Positions 7,921 to 16,680 of a stretch of DNA of 24,891 nt are shown in pieces. Both the position numbers and the translations under genes were made by a program. The stretch comes from a virus (lineage: Duplodnaviria; Caudoviricetes), in the IMG/VR virus record IMGVR_UViG_3300048599_000119, positions 1-24,891 of that record, one strand, 5' to 3'. Below the pieces are notes generated by a model. The model was given only the letters and a program-made list of their open reading frames with translations, did not search any database and had not been told where the DNA came from. The stretch's first letter is position 1; the number at the start of each line of letters is the position of its first letter.

Positions 7921-8394
7921 TCACGCTGCCTCGGCCATGAGCGCGGCATAGTCGAACTTGCTGCCCAGGGCGTCCTCGATGGAAATGGTCTCATCGCTGG
8001 CCGCGACCCTCGCGTTGTTGAACAGGAAGATTCTCTTCGGAACGCGGGCCTCGCCGCGGACGAATCGGTGTCCCAACTCGGTGACGCGCCAGTGGCCGAC
8101 GTACTCTGGGTGCGGCTCCAACAGGCCCCAATGGCGGAGATAGTTGTAGTCACCGTTGATGTTGAACCGCTCGTTGACCGGGAACTTGGAGACGTGCAGC
8201 CACTCCAAGCCGGGGTTTGCCAGGAAATGCTTGTGCAAGGCGATCAGCACCAGGGCCATGCTGGTGTGGATGCTGCGTGCGTATTCCTTCACGTACTGCC
8301 CACAGCACGGGCACGCGCAGCCTTTCTTGCGGTGTTCGGCGACAAAACCGATGGCCTCCGCCACAGTCGTTCCGGCGAAAGTTGGCTCGTTCAT
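7921..8394 (-). CDS. hypothetical phage protein (CPCCG motif, possible winged helix)
   Basis: CACPCCGQ and LRHWGLLE...GHWRVTELG; ATGA-coupled to the ligase. Confidence 0.65.
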   Translation of the reverse strand: MNEPTFAGTTVAEAIGFVAEHRKKGCACPCCGQYVKEYARSIHTSMALVLIALHKHFLANPGLEWLHVSKFPVNERFNINGDYNYLRHWGLLEPHPEYVGHWRVTELGHRFVRGEARVPKRIFLFNNARVAASDETISIEDALGSKFDYAALMAEAA

Positions 8395-9536
8395 TCTGTG
8401 TCCCTCCGTCGCCAGTACCTTGCTTCTTTGGGCACTTGGCCGTCGGACAGTTCTCTGAACTTGAAGCTCACGATCTGGCTCTTCTTGAAGTGCTTTCCTT
8501 CAACCCAGTAGGGGGCGTCGATGCCGGGGTTGCTGGCGGCCCAATCGCGGGCCATCGGATCGGCGAACTCCCGCTCGGCGTCGGTCAGGCCGGACAACTC
8601 CAACCGTTTGCCCTGGTAGTCCACGATCAGGGCACCGATCTTGCCCAGGAGCCGACTGCCTTTGCTGGTCTCTCGGCCGCTGGTGAAGCCCACGACGCGG
8701 GCCTCGGCGTCTTGGAAGGGCTTGTACTTGAGGATGGACCCGTGGCGTTTTGGCGTCCAAACGGACTCGGGATTGCGAATCACCACGCCCTCGCCGCCCC
8801 GGTCCAACACCCGTTGCAGGTACTCTTCCACCTGATCGCTGGCCGCTGCGGGAATGTCGATCAGCTTCGTCTGGGGATGGAGGTAGCAGACCGAGGCGTC
8901 GGTGTTTTCAAGGGCCTCGCTGAGCACGGTCACTTCCTTGCCGAACGGCTGACCGGGTTGCAGGAAGCGGAAGTCGTCGCCGAGGCATCGTTTCGGGATG
9001 GGAAGGCCCGCGAAACGCTCGCCCCTTTGGAAAAGTCGCTGCCGGACCCACTGTTCGACGGTCAGGTAATCGACGTTGCAGACCATGTTGGCGTTCTTGA
9101 TCTGCCCGGTGCCAAAGACGCAGGCGAGGGGTGGGCTGGAGTAGACGGCGAAGACGATCTTGTCGAATCGCTCGTCGGGCGTGTCGCCGCCGCAGATCGA
9201 CCGGCAGAGTTGGAAGTTGCCGCGACCGGCCCACAGTTCGCCGTCCAGGGGGCAGCAGGGAAGTTGGCTGAGCCACCAGTCGGGGGCCATGATGGGGTTG
9301 CCGTAACGGCTCCATAGCCCCGTGGCGACCGCCTTGATCTTGGCCTTCTTCTGGCCCGTCTTCGGGTCGATGATCGAGGCCCAGGGCACCTGCTCTGTGG
9401 GCATCCCGCGGCTGATGCCGCCGTCCCAGAAACAGCGGGTGCCATCCAGTTTTTCCGAGATGAACCAACCGGCCACGTCATGCTTTCGCGGATCGTACCG
9501 GTCAGCCAGTTGTAGAAACTCGCGTCGTCCCATCAT
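8391..9536 (-). CDS. ATP-dependent DNA ligase
   Basis: SEKLDG (adenylated Lys), LDGELW, EGVVIR, LKYK and a C-terminal OB domain; start at ATG 9536 or 9533. Confidence 0.9.
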   Translation of the reverse strand: MMGRREFLQLADRYDPRKHDVAGWFISEKLDGTRCFWDGGISRGMPTEQVPWASIIDPKTGQKKAKIKAVATGLWSRYGNPIMAPDWWLSQLPCCPLDGELWAGRGNFQLCRSICGGDTPDERFDKIVFAVYSSPPLACVFGTGQIKNANMVCNVDYLTVEQWVRQRLFQRGERFAGLPIPKRCLGDDFRFLQPGQPFGKEVTVLSEALENTDASVCYLHPQTKLIDIPAAASDQVEEYLQRVLDRGGEGVVIRNPESVWTPKRHGSILKYKPFQDAEARVVGFTSGRETSKGSRLLGKIGALIVDYQGKRLELSGLTDAEREFADPMARDWAASNPGIDAPYWVEGKHFKKSQIVSFKFRELSDGQVPKEARYWRRRDTE

Positions 9537-9700
9537 TGCACCTGTGCCAAAAGCAGGGATCGGAGCGTCAATTCCACGTCTGCCGCCCGTCGAGTGCGGA
9601 TGCGGCGCTCGATGGCCAAGGGCCGGCTGTAGGTCACGAGGCCCGGCCACCACGCGGCCCGCTCCACCCAGTCCAACGGGATGAATTCGATGACGTGCAT
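9533..9700 (-). CDS. hypothetical protein (55 aa, not in the ORF track)
   Basis: MHVIEFIPLDWVERAAWWPGLVTYSRPLAIERRIRTRRAADVELTLRSLLLAQVQ; stop overlaps the ligase ATG; follows motif copy 2. Confidence 0.65.
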   Translation of the reverse strand: MHVIEFIPLDWVERAAWWPGLVTYSRPLAIERRIRTRRAADVELTLRSLLLAQVQ

Positions 9701-9730
9701 GATCTGCTCAAAAGACGTGTCACTTGCCCT

Positions 9731-9766
9731 CTACCTGCTATGACGGAAACCGCGCCGATTTCTGGA
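9731..9766 (-). promoter_or_regulatory. conserved promoter-like motif, copy 2
   Basis: minus strand TCCAGA AATCGGCGCGGTTTC CGTCATA GCAG GTAG, 30 nt before ATG 9700; overlaps the end of the nucleotidase gene. Confidence 0.8.
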
Positions 9767-10331
9767 GTGCCGCCGCCAGCTTTTCCGAAAGGAAGTCGCG
9801 CGGGTCCGCGGGCCAGTTGTCGTTCCAGGGCCTCGGCACGAGGATCGCGTGTCCGCAAAGCGCCTCGAATCGCTCTGTGTTCTCGCGGTAGTCGTCGATC
9901 AGGAGCGAATCAGGGCGGGCCAGCAGATGCTTCCGGGGCGTGATGGCGTACTGACGGTGCATCCACCGAGGGAAATGATCGTGAATCCACTCCAACTTGC
10001 CGGCCAAGCACTCGGGGTCTTTCGTCGGCGAGGTGGCGATGCAGACGTTTTCACGCCCTACGGCATCGGCGCACGTTTCCAAGAGCCACCCGAAGAACGG
10101 CGACTCGGGCACGTTGACCCAGACGGAACGTGGGACCGACGCCCAGAGGATTGCGGGCGTGTAGAGCGGTTGGCCCAGCATCGCGTTGGCGGCGTCGGCA
10201 ATGTTGAATCCGTGCTCGCGCGGATAGCGCCCGTAATCGCTCGGGCTGATGCCGCAGCCGACCGAGTGGAGCACAAACGGCGCGAGCGTATTACACACGT
10301 CATCGAGATCGAGGAAGATGCGCCGGATCAT
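9738..10331 (-). CDS. 5'(3')-deoxyribonucleotidase (NT5C-like HAD hydrolase)
   Basis: IFLDLDDV (DxD), IATSP, KLEW, LLIDD, PWN. Confidence 0.85.
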   Translation of the reverse strand: MIRRIFLDLDDVCNTLAPFVLHSVGCGISPSDYGRYPREHGFNIADAANAMLGQPLYTPAILWASVPRSVWVNVPESPFFGWLLETCADAVGRENVCIATSPTKDPECLAGKLEWIHDHFPRWMHRQYAITPRKHLLARPDSLLIDDYRENTERFEALCGHAILVPRPWNDNWPADPRDFLSEKLAAALQKSARFPS

Positions 10332-11011
10332 GCGTCGCGCAGGGCCTCCAACTTGCGCACGACCCTGCCTTCAAGGCGTCTTCCCATTCGATGTACGGAC
10401 ATCCGCGACATTCCCAGGGCGGCTGAAATCTCGGCCAGCGTGTGACCGGATTTCCGCATGGCGACGAACCTCTTCTCCTCCTGGCTGGTGCAACACGTCT
10501 CGATCACATCGCGGGTCTCGAACTCCTCCTCGTGGGAAGGCATTTCCAATCGCTCGCACCGCTTGTTGATGACTCCGGGGACCGTGAGTTCCTCGCCCTC
10601 CGCCCGCGCTCGGTCCTTGGAGGTATGGGGCACGCGAATGGTGCTTTCGTCTTCGATCAGTTCGCCGAACTTGCGGTAGATCGCGCTTCCCATGTGGTCA
10701 GTCGGGTTCCAGTTCTCCGGCTTCTTAATCCGGCACCCTCTCGCCATCTGGTTGACCGCTCTCACCAGGCCGACGCACCCGGCGCTCACCAAGTCGTCAC
10801 GAAGATGTGCGAGGTAAGGGAAACATCGAAGGAAGGATTCCACCTTCGAGATCACCAGCGGCACGTTGCCGGTAATCATCTCGTCGCGGGCCGCCTCGTC
10901 GCCGGCCGCAACGCGACGGTACAATTCCGCGTTCTCGTCGGCCGTTCTGGTCTTGCTCTTGGTTTTGCGGTGCAGGGCAGCCACAAAGGCCGCGTTGTAG
11001 CGATTACTCAC
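10328..11011 (-). CDS. sigma-70 family RNA polymerase sigma factor (group 3-like)
   Basis: GDEAARDEMITGNVPLV, DDLVSAGCVGLVRAV (region 2), TLAEISAALGMSRMSV (region 4 HTH); GTG start with GGAGA ribosome-binding site. Confidence 0.85.
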   Translation of the reverse strand: MSNRYNAAFVAALHRKTKSKTRTADENAELYRRVAAGDEAARDEMITGNVPLVISKVESFLRCFPYLAHLRDDLVSAGCVGLVRAVNQMARGCRIKKPENWNPTDHMGSAIYRKFGELIEDESTIRVPHTSKDRARAEGEELTVPGVINKRCERLEMPSHEEEFETRDVIETCCTSQEEKRFVAMRKSGHTLAEISAALGMSRMSVHRMGRRLEGRVVRKLEALRDA

Positions 11012-11504
11012 AGATTCGTTCTCCAATGGTGTCGATTCGCCAGGCGCAGCGGGTGTAGAACTGATGGGCCTCGCAGGCGAGGCGGGAGTAGTCGTAGACG
11101 TAGCCCTTGGGGTCGTAGATGCGGCCGTGGTCGTAAGCGACCGTGTGGCCGTGGCGCACGCCGGTGCCGTCAATCACGCCGCGACTGGCCCGGATCGTCT
11201 CCTCGAATCGCCGCCAGTTGTTGTCCGGGTAGAGCACGGTCCTGCGAAAAGGGCCGACCTCGGTGGGTTGGAGGACGGGGAACAGTTCCACCGGCGTGAC
11301 TGCCAAGCCGCGCGATAAGGCGATTTGGATTAGCTCTTGAACGTGGAAGCACCGCCGGCAAAGCGGTTCCGGCAGATTGGGAAAGACGATCTCGCTGCCG
11401 TCGTGACCGACGGCAGCAAGCAGGTCGGCCACGGGCATGTCCAAGGCCATCGCAAAGGCCAAAGGCATACACATCCACGGCTCGGGGCGTTGTTGCAGGT
11501 CCAT
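11004..11504 (-). CDS. papain-fold / C39-like cysteine peptidase
   Basis: Q-x5-C helix (QRPEPWMCMPLAFAMAL) and GHTVAY...IYDP giving the His and Asp. Confidence 0.6.
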   Translation of the reverse strand: MDLQQRPEPWMCMPLAFAMALDMPVADLLAAVGHDGSEIVFPNLPEPLCRRCFHVQELIQIALSRGLAVTPVELFPVLQPTEVGPFRRTVLYPDNNWRRFEETIRASRGVIDGTGVRHGHTVAYDHGRIYDPKGYVYDYSRLACEAHQFYTRCAWRIDTIGERICE

Positions 11505-11555
11505 AGGCGCAGGGTTTCTCCGCAGTTGACGGTGTGGGCGGATTGAGGAGGCGAG

Positions 11556-11954
11556 CTACCAGCCTTCGCGGTCTAGCTCGTCCAGTAGGGCGTCGATGTC
11601 AGGAACCTGACCCCAAGACGCCTTCCAGTAGTCGCGCCAGTTGGGCGGCGCGAATAGCTTGTCGTATTCGGCCTGCGTGGCGGCCGTGAGTATCCAGATG
11701 CCGATGCCGAAGGCTTCCCACACGGGCCACTTCAGTTTTTGGGCCTTGGTGAAGCTGTAGTTCTTCCCCGGCCGTTTCACGTCGATCCATCGCTGGCCCC
11801 ATTTGGGATGCGCGATGAACAGGTCCGGCACGCCCATCTGGAAGGCGTTGCCGATCATCCGCTCCACATGCCAGCCGCGCACCTTGAGGTAGGCAATCAA
11901 GGCTTGCTGGATGTGCCATTCCTGGCTGTGCTTGGGCCGGCAGATGTCACCCAT
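11556..11954 (-). CDS. VRR-NUC-like nuclease / Holliday junction resolvase
   Basis: E-x-x-IQ, GVPDL, WIDVK and downstream Q; TAATG-coupled to the polymerase. Confidence 0.8.
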   Translation of the reverse strand: MGDICRPKHSQEWHIQQALIAYLKVRGWHVERMIGNAFQMGVPDLFIAHPKWGQRWIDVKRPGKNYSFTKAQKLKWPVWEAFGIGIWILTAATQAEYDKLFAPPNWRDYWKASWGQVPDIDALLDELDREGW

Positions 11955-14437
11955 TACTTCATCATCTCCGGCGCTCTGATCTTGATGGTGCCGCTTTTCT
12001 TCTCGGCCCAGTTCGCCATTTCTTCGTTCCAGTCCATGCCAATCAGCGGCACGTAGCGGCGGAAATACTCGACCGAATCGCGGACGACCTGCGTGACGCC
12101 CGAAACCATGTCCGGCCGGGTGACGCACATGATCTCATCGTGGATATTCATGGGGGCGACGTGCCAATCGTTGACGCCGACCGGCTGCAAGTCCCAAATC
12201 TTCCGCTGGACGTACTTGGTGATTTCCGCACCGGGCGACTGGATTTCGTGGTTCGCAGCGGCCCGCATGTTGGCCGCCTGCATTGAGAAGGCCGCGCCGT
12301 AAAGGGCTGAGGCAACTGCGCCGCCGGCCGTTTGCACGCGGTCGCGGCGGACGACCTTGACCTTGCAGTCCTTCCAGTGCTTGGGCGGGTTGCGGGCCAG
12401 GTCGAAGATCGCCCGCGCGATGCGGTTCTCCAGCGTGAAGTAGCGGCGGAAACCGAGCATCGTCTCGGCGTAATCGACCGGCTCCTTCCAAACGACCTTG
12501 GTGCCGATGCCGGCCGGCTGGGTCATGGAGCAGAACGAGTCGGCCACCCGCTTGCGCCACTTCTTGACGCCCGTAAAACGGCTGCCAAAGCTCTCGATGG
12601 CCCGCTTAGCGACCTCCTCGCTGATCCCCAGGCGGTTGACCAAGGTGCTGTGGTCGCCGCCGTAGAGCATCGTGCCGAAGAAGCCCTGCTTGCCCTTGGT
12701 GTACATATCGTTGGTCGTACTGCCGTCGCTCGCCTTGACCTCCTCATAGGTCGTGCCAGGGAAGATCGCCATGCCGAAGAGGGCGTGAATCTTCCGGCCG
12801 GCGACTAGCTCGGCGCGAAGGGCCTCGTCGTTGCACACGGCGTCGGCAATCGTCACCTCGAACGATGCGAAGTCGCCGCCGCAGAGCAGGTAGTCGCCCC
12901 AGGCCAACGGGAACATCTGGCGGACTTCCTTGGTGTGCTTGATCCCTTGGGCGTTGAGGCCGTCCGCCCCGGCCATGCGGGAGGAGAGAGCACCGATCAC
13001 CACAAATGACGCATGAAACTTGCCGGCCCGAAGCAGTTTCTCGTATAGCTCGATCTCTTTGGCGGCGAACTTGACGGCGAGGATCTCCTTGGCGCGGACG
13101 GCGGCCGGATGCTGGCCGAGCTTCAGCAACCCGGTGCCCCCGCAACGGGGACACTGCGGATCGTCGCCCTCGCACCTGCCGCACGGTTCCGGCTCACCGA
13201 CGTAACACGCGCCCTTGCATTCCGGGCAGGCATTCGTTTCCAGGCAGCCTTTGCCCTGGCACTTCGGGCACAACTGGCCCACGCCCCATTTGCTGATCGC
13301 TTCGAGGTTAGCCTTCTTCGTGGACTCGTCGAGAATCAGATGCTCGGTGCCGTCCATCGCAGCGGTGACGTAGGCCCGGACCTCGCCCGGCTTGTTGATG
13401 TTGACCGGGCTGGCCGCAACGGTCGCCTCCGCCTTCGCCTTCAGGGCCGCGATTCCTTCGCGGTGAATCGTAAAGCCATGCCAGCGGACGGCCGCTACCA
13501 TGCAGGTCAGCGTGGAGTCATTGTCCCCCGGCTCCGGGCAGCCAAAGTGCTTGTCCAGCGCCCGCGTATAAACGATGTCGTCGCTCGCATACTCGCGGGC
13601 GTCCTCGCGGGTCGCCCAGTGATGGATGAATTGCCGGATTACGCCGGGCCAAGCGTACTTCGTGACCCGCTTGTCCCCCTCGCCGTCTGTCTCGATGGCC
13701 CAGCCCTTCTCGGGACTCGACACGGCCAGGGCCGTGGGCGCATAGCCCAATTCGTAAGGCCGCCAGGCGGGCGGCGGTTCCACGTCCTTGTAGTGGTACT
13801 TGGGCTTGAGCTTCAGGGCGTGCTCGGCCAGGAATTTCAGCCCGCCCGCCGGGTTGAACTTCAAGACGACATCCTTGAACTCGGTGTCCAGGTCGCCAAA
13901 GGAGTCGTGACGGTCGAACACCTGCCACTTCGGCGCTTCGGGGTCGGCCGACCGTGCGAAGTAGATGTTGTCAAACTGGACGCGGGCCTCCAACTCGCGG
14001 GCCAAGGCGTAAGCCAGCGCCGTCGGAACCCGCTTGATGCGGACATCCTCGCGGGCCATGAGCGACTGGTACGGGCCTTTGCGACTGTGGAGCATCAGGT
14101 CCAGTGCCGCCACTGGCTTGATGCACGGGCCGTCTTGCCCCCGCGGCTCCAGCATGGCGATCTCGTCGATGTGCTCCTCGGGAATCCAATCCGGGTCGCA
14201 GAGACGGAAGACCGTGTAGATTTTGCAGATGTGGAACCAGTCGAAGGAGAGGTTGAATCCGACAACCGTGTGCTGGCTTACCCATTCGATGAGCGCAAGC
14301 GTCTCGCGGATCGGCCGCCGCCAGACCTCGTAGAGGACCACGGGGCCGTCCTCCACGGCATACTGCAAGAGCACCATGACGCTGTGCAGCCCGCAGGTTT
14401 CCGTGTCGAGGTAGAGCTTTGGTGGGTGGTTGCTCAC
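11954..14437 (-). CDS. polA: DNA polymerase family A with 3'-5' exonuclease and zinc-finger insertion
   Basis: ExoI LDTET, ExoII GFNLSFD, ExoIII YASDD; motif A DFASFE, motif B KQGFFGTMLYGG, motif C IHDEI; GTG start at 14437. Confidence 0.93.
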   Translation of the reverse strand: MSNHPPKLYLDTETCGLHSVMVLLQYAVEDGPVVLYEVWRRPIRETLALIEWVSQHTVVGFNLSFDWFHICKIYTVFRLCDPDWIPEEHIDEIAMLEPRGQDGPCIKPVAALDLMLHSRKGPYQSLMAREDVRIKRVPTALAYALARELEARVQFDNIYFARSADPEAPKWQVFDRHDSFGDLDTEFKDVVLKFNPAGGLKFLAEHALKLKPKYHYKDVEPPPAWRPYELGYAPTALAVSSPEKGWAIETDGEGDKRVTKYAWPGVIRQFIHHWATREDAREYASDDIVYTRALDKHFGCPEPGDNDSTLTCMVAAVRWHGFTIHREGIAALKAKAEATVAASPVNINKPGEVRAYVTAAMDGTEHLILDESTKKANLEAISKWGVGQLCPKCQGKGCLETNACPECKGACYVGEPEPCGRCEGDDPQCPRCGGTGLLKLGQHPAAVRAKEILAVKFAAKEIELYEKLLRAGKFHASFVVIGALSSRMAGADGLNAQGIKHTKEVRQMFPLAWGDYLLCGGDFASFEVTIADAVCNDEALRAELVAGRKIHALFGMAIFPGTTYEEVKASDGSTTNDMYTKGKQGFFGTMLYGGDHSTLVNRLGISEEVAKRAIESFGSRFTGVKKWRKRVADSFCSMTQPAGIGTKVVWKEPVDYAETMLGFRRYFTLENRIARAIFDLARNPPKHWKDCKVKVVRRDRVQTAGGAVASALYGAAFSMQAANMRAAANHEIQSPGAEITKYVQRKIWDLQPVGVNDWHVAPMNIHDEIMCVTRPDMVSGVTQVVRDSVEYFRRYVPLIGMDWNEEMANWAEKKSGTIKIRAPEMMK

Positions 14438-14438
14438 T

Positions 14439-14798
14439 TCAGAAGACCTCGTAGGACCAACGCCGACCGTCATCGTGCCTGCCGCTCACGCCCGCGGCCG
14501 TCACCGGCTGCGTGCGGTAGATGCCATTGCGGAAGCGGATTTCCAGAGCCCAACCCTTGCCGATCCACCACGGCCTCTGCGTTGCCGGACTCGACCAAGG
14601 GAAGCTATGCAGGATTTGCCCCACGGTGGCTGTCCGCAGTCGAGGATCGCTCGAACTGATCTCCACGACGCCGTGAACCGGGTACATGACCCGCATTTCG
14701 TACAGATAGGGGTCCGCTTCCAAGAGGATCGTCGTCTCGGCTTTCAGCCTTCGTAGGTCGATTCCCGGCTCAAGGGGTTTCATCGTCAGCGCGCTCAT
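14439..14798 (-). CDS. hypothetical protein (119 aa; alternative start 14783)
   Basis: ORF between motif copy 3 and polA with a GAGG ribosome-binding site. Confidence 0.7.
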   Translation of the reverse strand: MSALTMKPLEPGIDLRRLKAETTILLEADPYLYEMRVMYPVHGVVEISSSDPRLRTATVGQILHSFPWSSPATQRPWWIGKGWALEIRFRNGIYRTQPVTAAGVSGRHDDGRRWSYEVF

Positions 14799-15630
14799 TC
14801 GATTCCTCGCTACCAGCTATGACGGAATTCCGCGCGCTTTCTGGAGCCGTCGTTTCGATGTCTTTGAGCAACTCCCTGTCGGCAATCGAGCCGGCACACC
14901 AGGCGGCCACGCGGGTCGGCAGGCCGACGATGCCGGCGGCCAGCATCCGTTCGATCATGCGATTGATCTCGCCGACCCGACGGCTTCCGTGGCGGCGTTT
15001 ATACGTCTTGGCGAGCCCCGGCAGAAACCTGCCTTTGCCCCGCTCTCGCGCCGCGATGATTTCCTCAGCAGCCGCGATTTGCTCGTCGGCTCTTTCCAGC
15101 CCCGCGAGCATTTCCAGATTCGTTTGCGACAGCAGCCCGGCCGCCGCCTTCTGCTGGATCGGCTCCGGCATCTGCAACAGGCGCACGCGGAGCCAGACCC
15201 AGTGCGTTGATTGCTTTAGCTCGCGGGCGGCCTCCCGCACGCTGGCACCCTCGGGATAGAGTTTCTGCACCGCGCGGGCCTCCTCCAGGACGTTCAGGCT
15301 CTTGCGTTGCAGGTTCTCCATCAGGTTCAACATCCGGGCTTCATGGTCGCTCAAGCCCTCGCAGAGGTAGGCCGGTATCTCGGTCCATCGCAAGAACTCG
15401 GCCACGGCCTGGAATCGCCGGTGCCCGACGATCAATCGGTACTCGAACCCGGCAACGCCGCTCCAGGGCTGCACGGCGACGGGGCAGATCAGCCGCCCGG
15501 CCTCGACGATGCTGTCGGCTAGTTCCCGGACGGATTGCAGCGTGAACTCGCCCCGGCAGTTGAAGACGGCATCGTAGTAGATGGCCGCCACCGGGATGGA
15601 ATACGCCTGGTACTGTTCCAGCAGCTTCAT
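14770..15630 (-). CDS. ParB/Spo0J-like protein
   Basis: ELADSI...ICPVAV...YRLIVGHRRFQA (GxxR box), ENLQRKSL, HTH; TGATG-coupled start at 15630. Confidence 0.88.
   Translation of the reverse strand: MKLLEQYQAYSIPVAAIYYDAVFNCRGEFTLQSVRELADSIVEAGRLICPVAVQPWSGVAGFEYRLIVGHRRFQAVAEFLRWTEIPAYLCEGLSDHEARMLNLMENLQRKSLNVLEEARAVQKLYPEGASVREAARELKQSTHWVWLRVRLLQMPEPIQQKAAAGLLSQTNLEMLAGLERADEQIAAAEEIIAARERGKGRFLPGLAKTYKRRHGSRRVGEINRMIERMLAAGIVGLPTRVAAWCAGSIADRELLKDIETTAPESARNSVIAGSEESNERADDETP
14810..14845 (-). promoter_or_regulatory. conserved promoter-like motif, copy 3
   Basis: minus strand TCCAGA AAGCGCGCGGAATTC CGTCATA GCTG GTAG, inside the ParB 3' end and upstream of the polA block. Confidence 0.8.
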
Positions 15631-16436
15631 CAGATTGATCGCAACGCATGGGAGAAGAGGGCGGGCCGGTTGGTCGGCAGCCATTCCCAGACTGCCGTGC
15701 GGCCGTCCTCGTCGATTCGCGCAAAGGTGTCGCGGGTTCTCGCCCAAGTGCCGGTGTTGAAGTGGTAGTTGCCAATTTGGCCTGGCTCGTGGGTGTGCCC
15801 GTAGACCACTACGTCGGCCCCGGCCTGCTTGCGGTAGGCTTCCACGCCGTCGAGCATCTCGTCCATGCGGCCGCGCTGAAGCGTCATCTTTCGCCACAGG
15901 GTCAAGGCCCCTTCGAGCGTGCCGACGAACTCGTCTTCCACGACATGATGGCTCGTGGAGAACGGCCCGCGGTTGCGGTCCTCCAGCAGCCCGGAAATGA
16001 TCGCTGTGATCTCGCCGGTGCCGGGGTTTGCGTCGCGGCAATAGGGGTCGGATTCGTGTCCGTGGAGGAAGGCGAACCGCCGACCGCCGATGGTCGATTG
16101 GAACGCCCTGGTCATTGCCGGTAGTTCAAGGCCGCTCAAGCGGATTTCGCTGTCGATGAAGCCGATCAGTGCGTTGTCGTGGTTGCCGACGATCCACAGG
16201 GCTCCATTGGGTCGAAGTTGCGTCAATCGGGCCAGCAAGTCCTGATAGGCGCGGATCGACCGGCTCAGGTTGGCCTGCCACCAGTCGAACAGGTCGCCCA
16301 GGACATAAAGCTGGCCGCCTTCGGCTTCCACGTAGTCCAGGAATTTGTGGAAGCGCGCCTCGCGGCCCTCCACGGCGAAATTGTCGCGGTAGCCACGGTC
16401 GCACAGATGCAGGTCGCTGATGCAGAAGATAGGCAT
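15630..16436 (-). CDS. calcineurin-like metallophosphoesterase (LpxH-like subgroup)
   Basis: ISDLH, LGDLFD, VGNHD, FLHGH, YGHTH, NTGTW; start at ATG 16436. Confidence 0.9.
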   Translation of the reverse strand: MPIFCISDLHLCDRGYRDNFAVEGREARFHKFLDYVEAEGGQLYVLGDLFDWWQANLSRSIRAYQDLLARLTQLRPNGALWIVGNHDNALIGFIDSEIRLSGLELPAMTRAFQSTIGGRRFAFLHGHESDPYCRDANPGTGEITAIISGLLEDRNRGPFSTSHHVVEDEFVGTLEGALTLWRKMTLQRGRMDEMLDGVEAYRKQAGADVVVYGHTHEPGQIGNYHFNTGTWARTRDTFARIDEDGRTAVWEWLPTNRPALFSHALRSI

Positions 16437-16464
16437 TAGTTTTTCACCAGGAGGATGGAAGGGG

Positions 16465-16665
16465 CTATCGTCGCCGGACCTCGCTGAGAACCTCCAAGCC
16501 GTCGCCGAGGCAGAAGTGCAACTCGTCGTAGCTGGCCAGGACGATTTGCCCCAAGGGGAAGACGACACGCGCCGTGTCGCCTTCGCGCTGGATCATTTCC
16601 TCCGTGACGTTCCACTTTTCGATGCACTCGCCGTCCCGGTGGTGCTCGATAGTGCATGTGGTCAT
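16465..16665 (-). CDS. hypothetical protein (66 aa)
   Basis: ORF fills the gap in the gene run. Confidence 0.6.
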   Translation of the reverse strand: MTTCTIEHHRDGECIEKWNVTEEMIQREGDTARVVFPLGQIVLASYDELHFCLGDGLEVLSEVRRR

Positions 16666-16680
16666 AGGCGTCTCGCAGGT

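Noticed and set aside
13130-13270. Intein in the polymerase
   Set aside because: The insert is only about 47 aa and lacks intein splice-junction motifs such as a terminal HN before C/S/T.
6647-14381. Other ATGACG hits (near 6648, 7637, 9690, 13006, 14376) as extra motif copies
   Set aside because: They lack the TCCAGA box at the 15-nt spacing and do not match the full CGTCATA.
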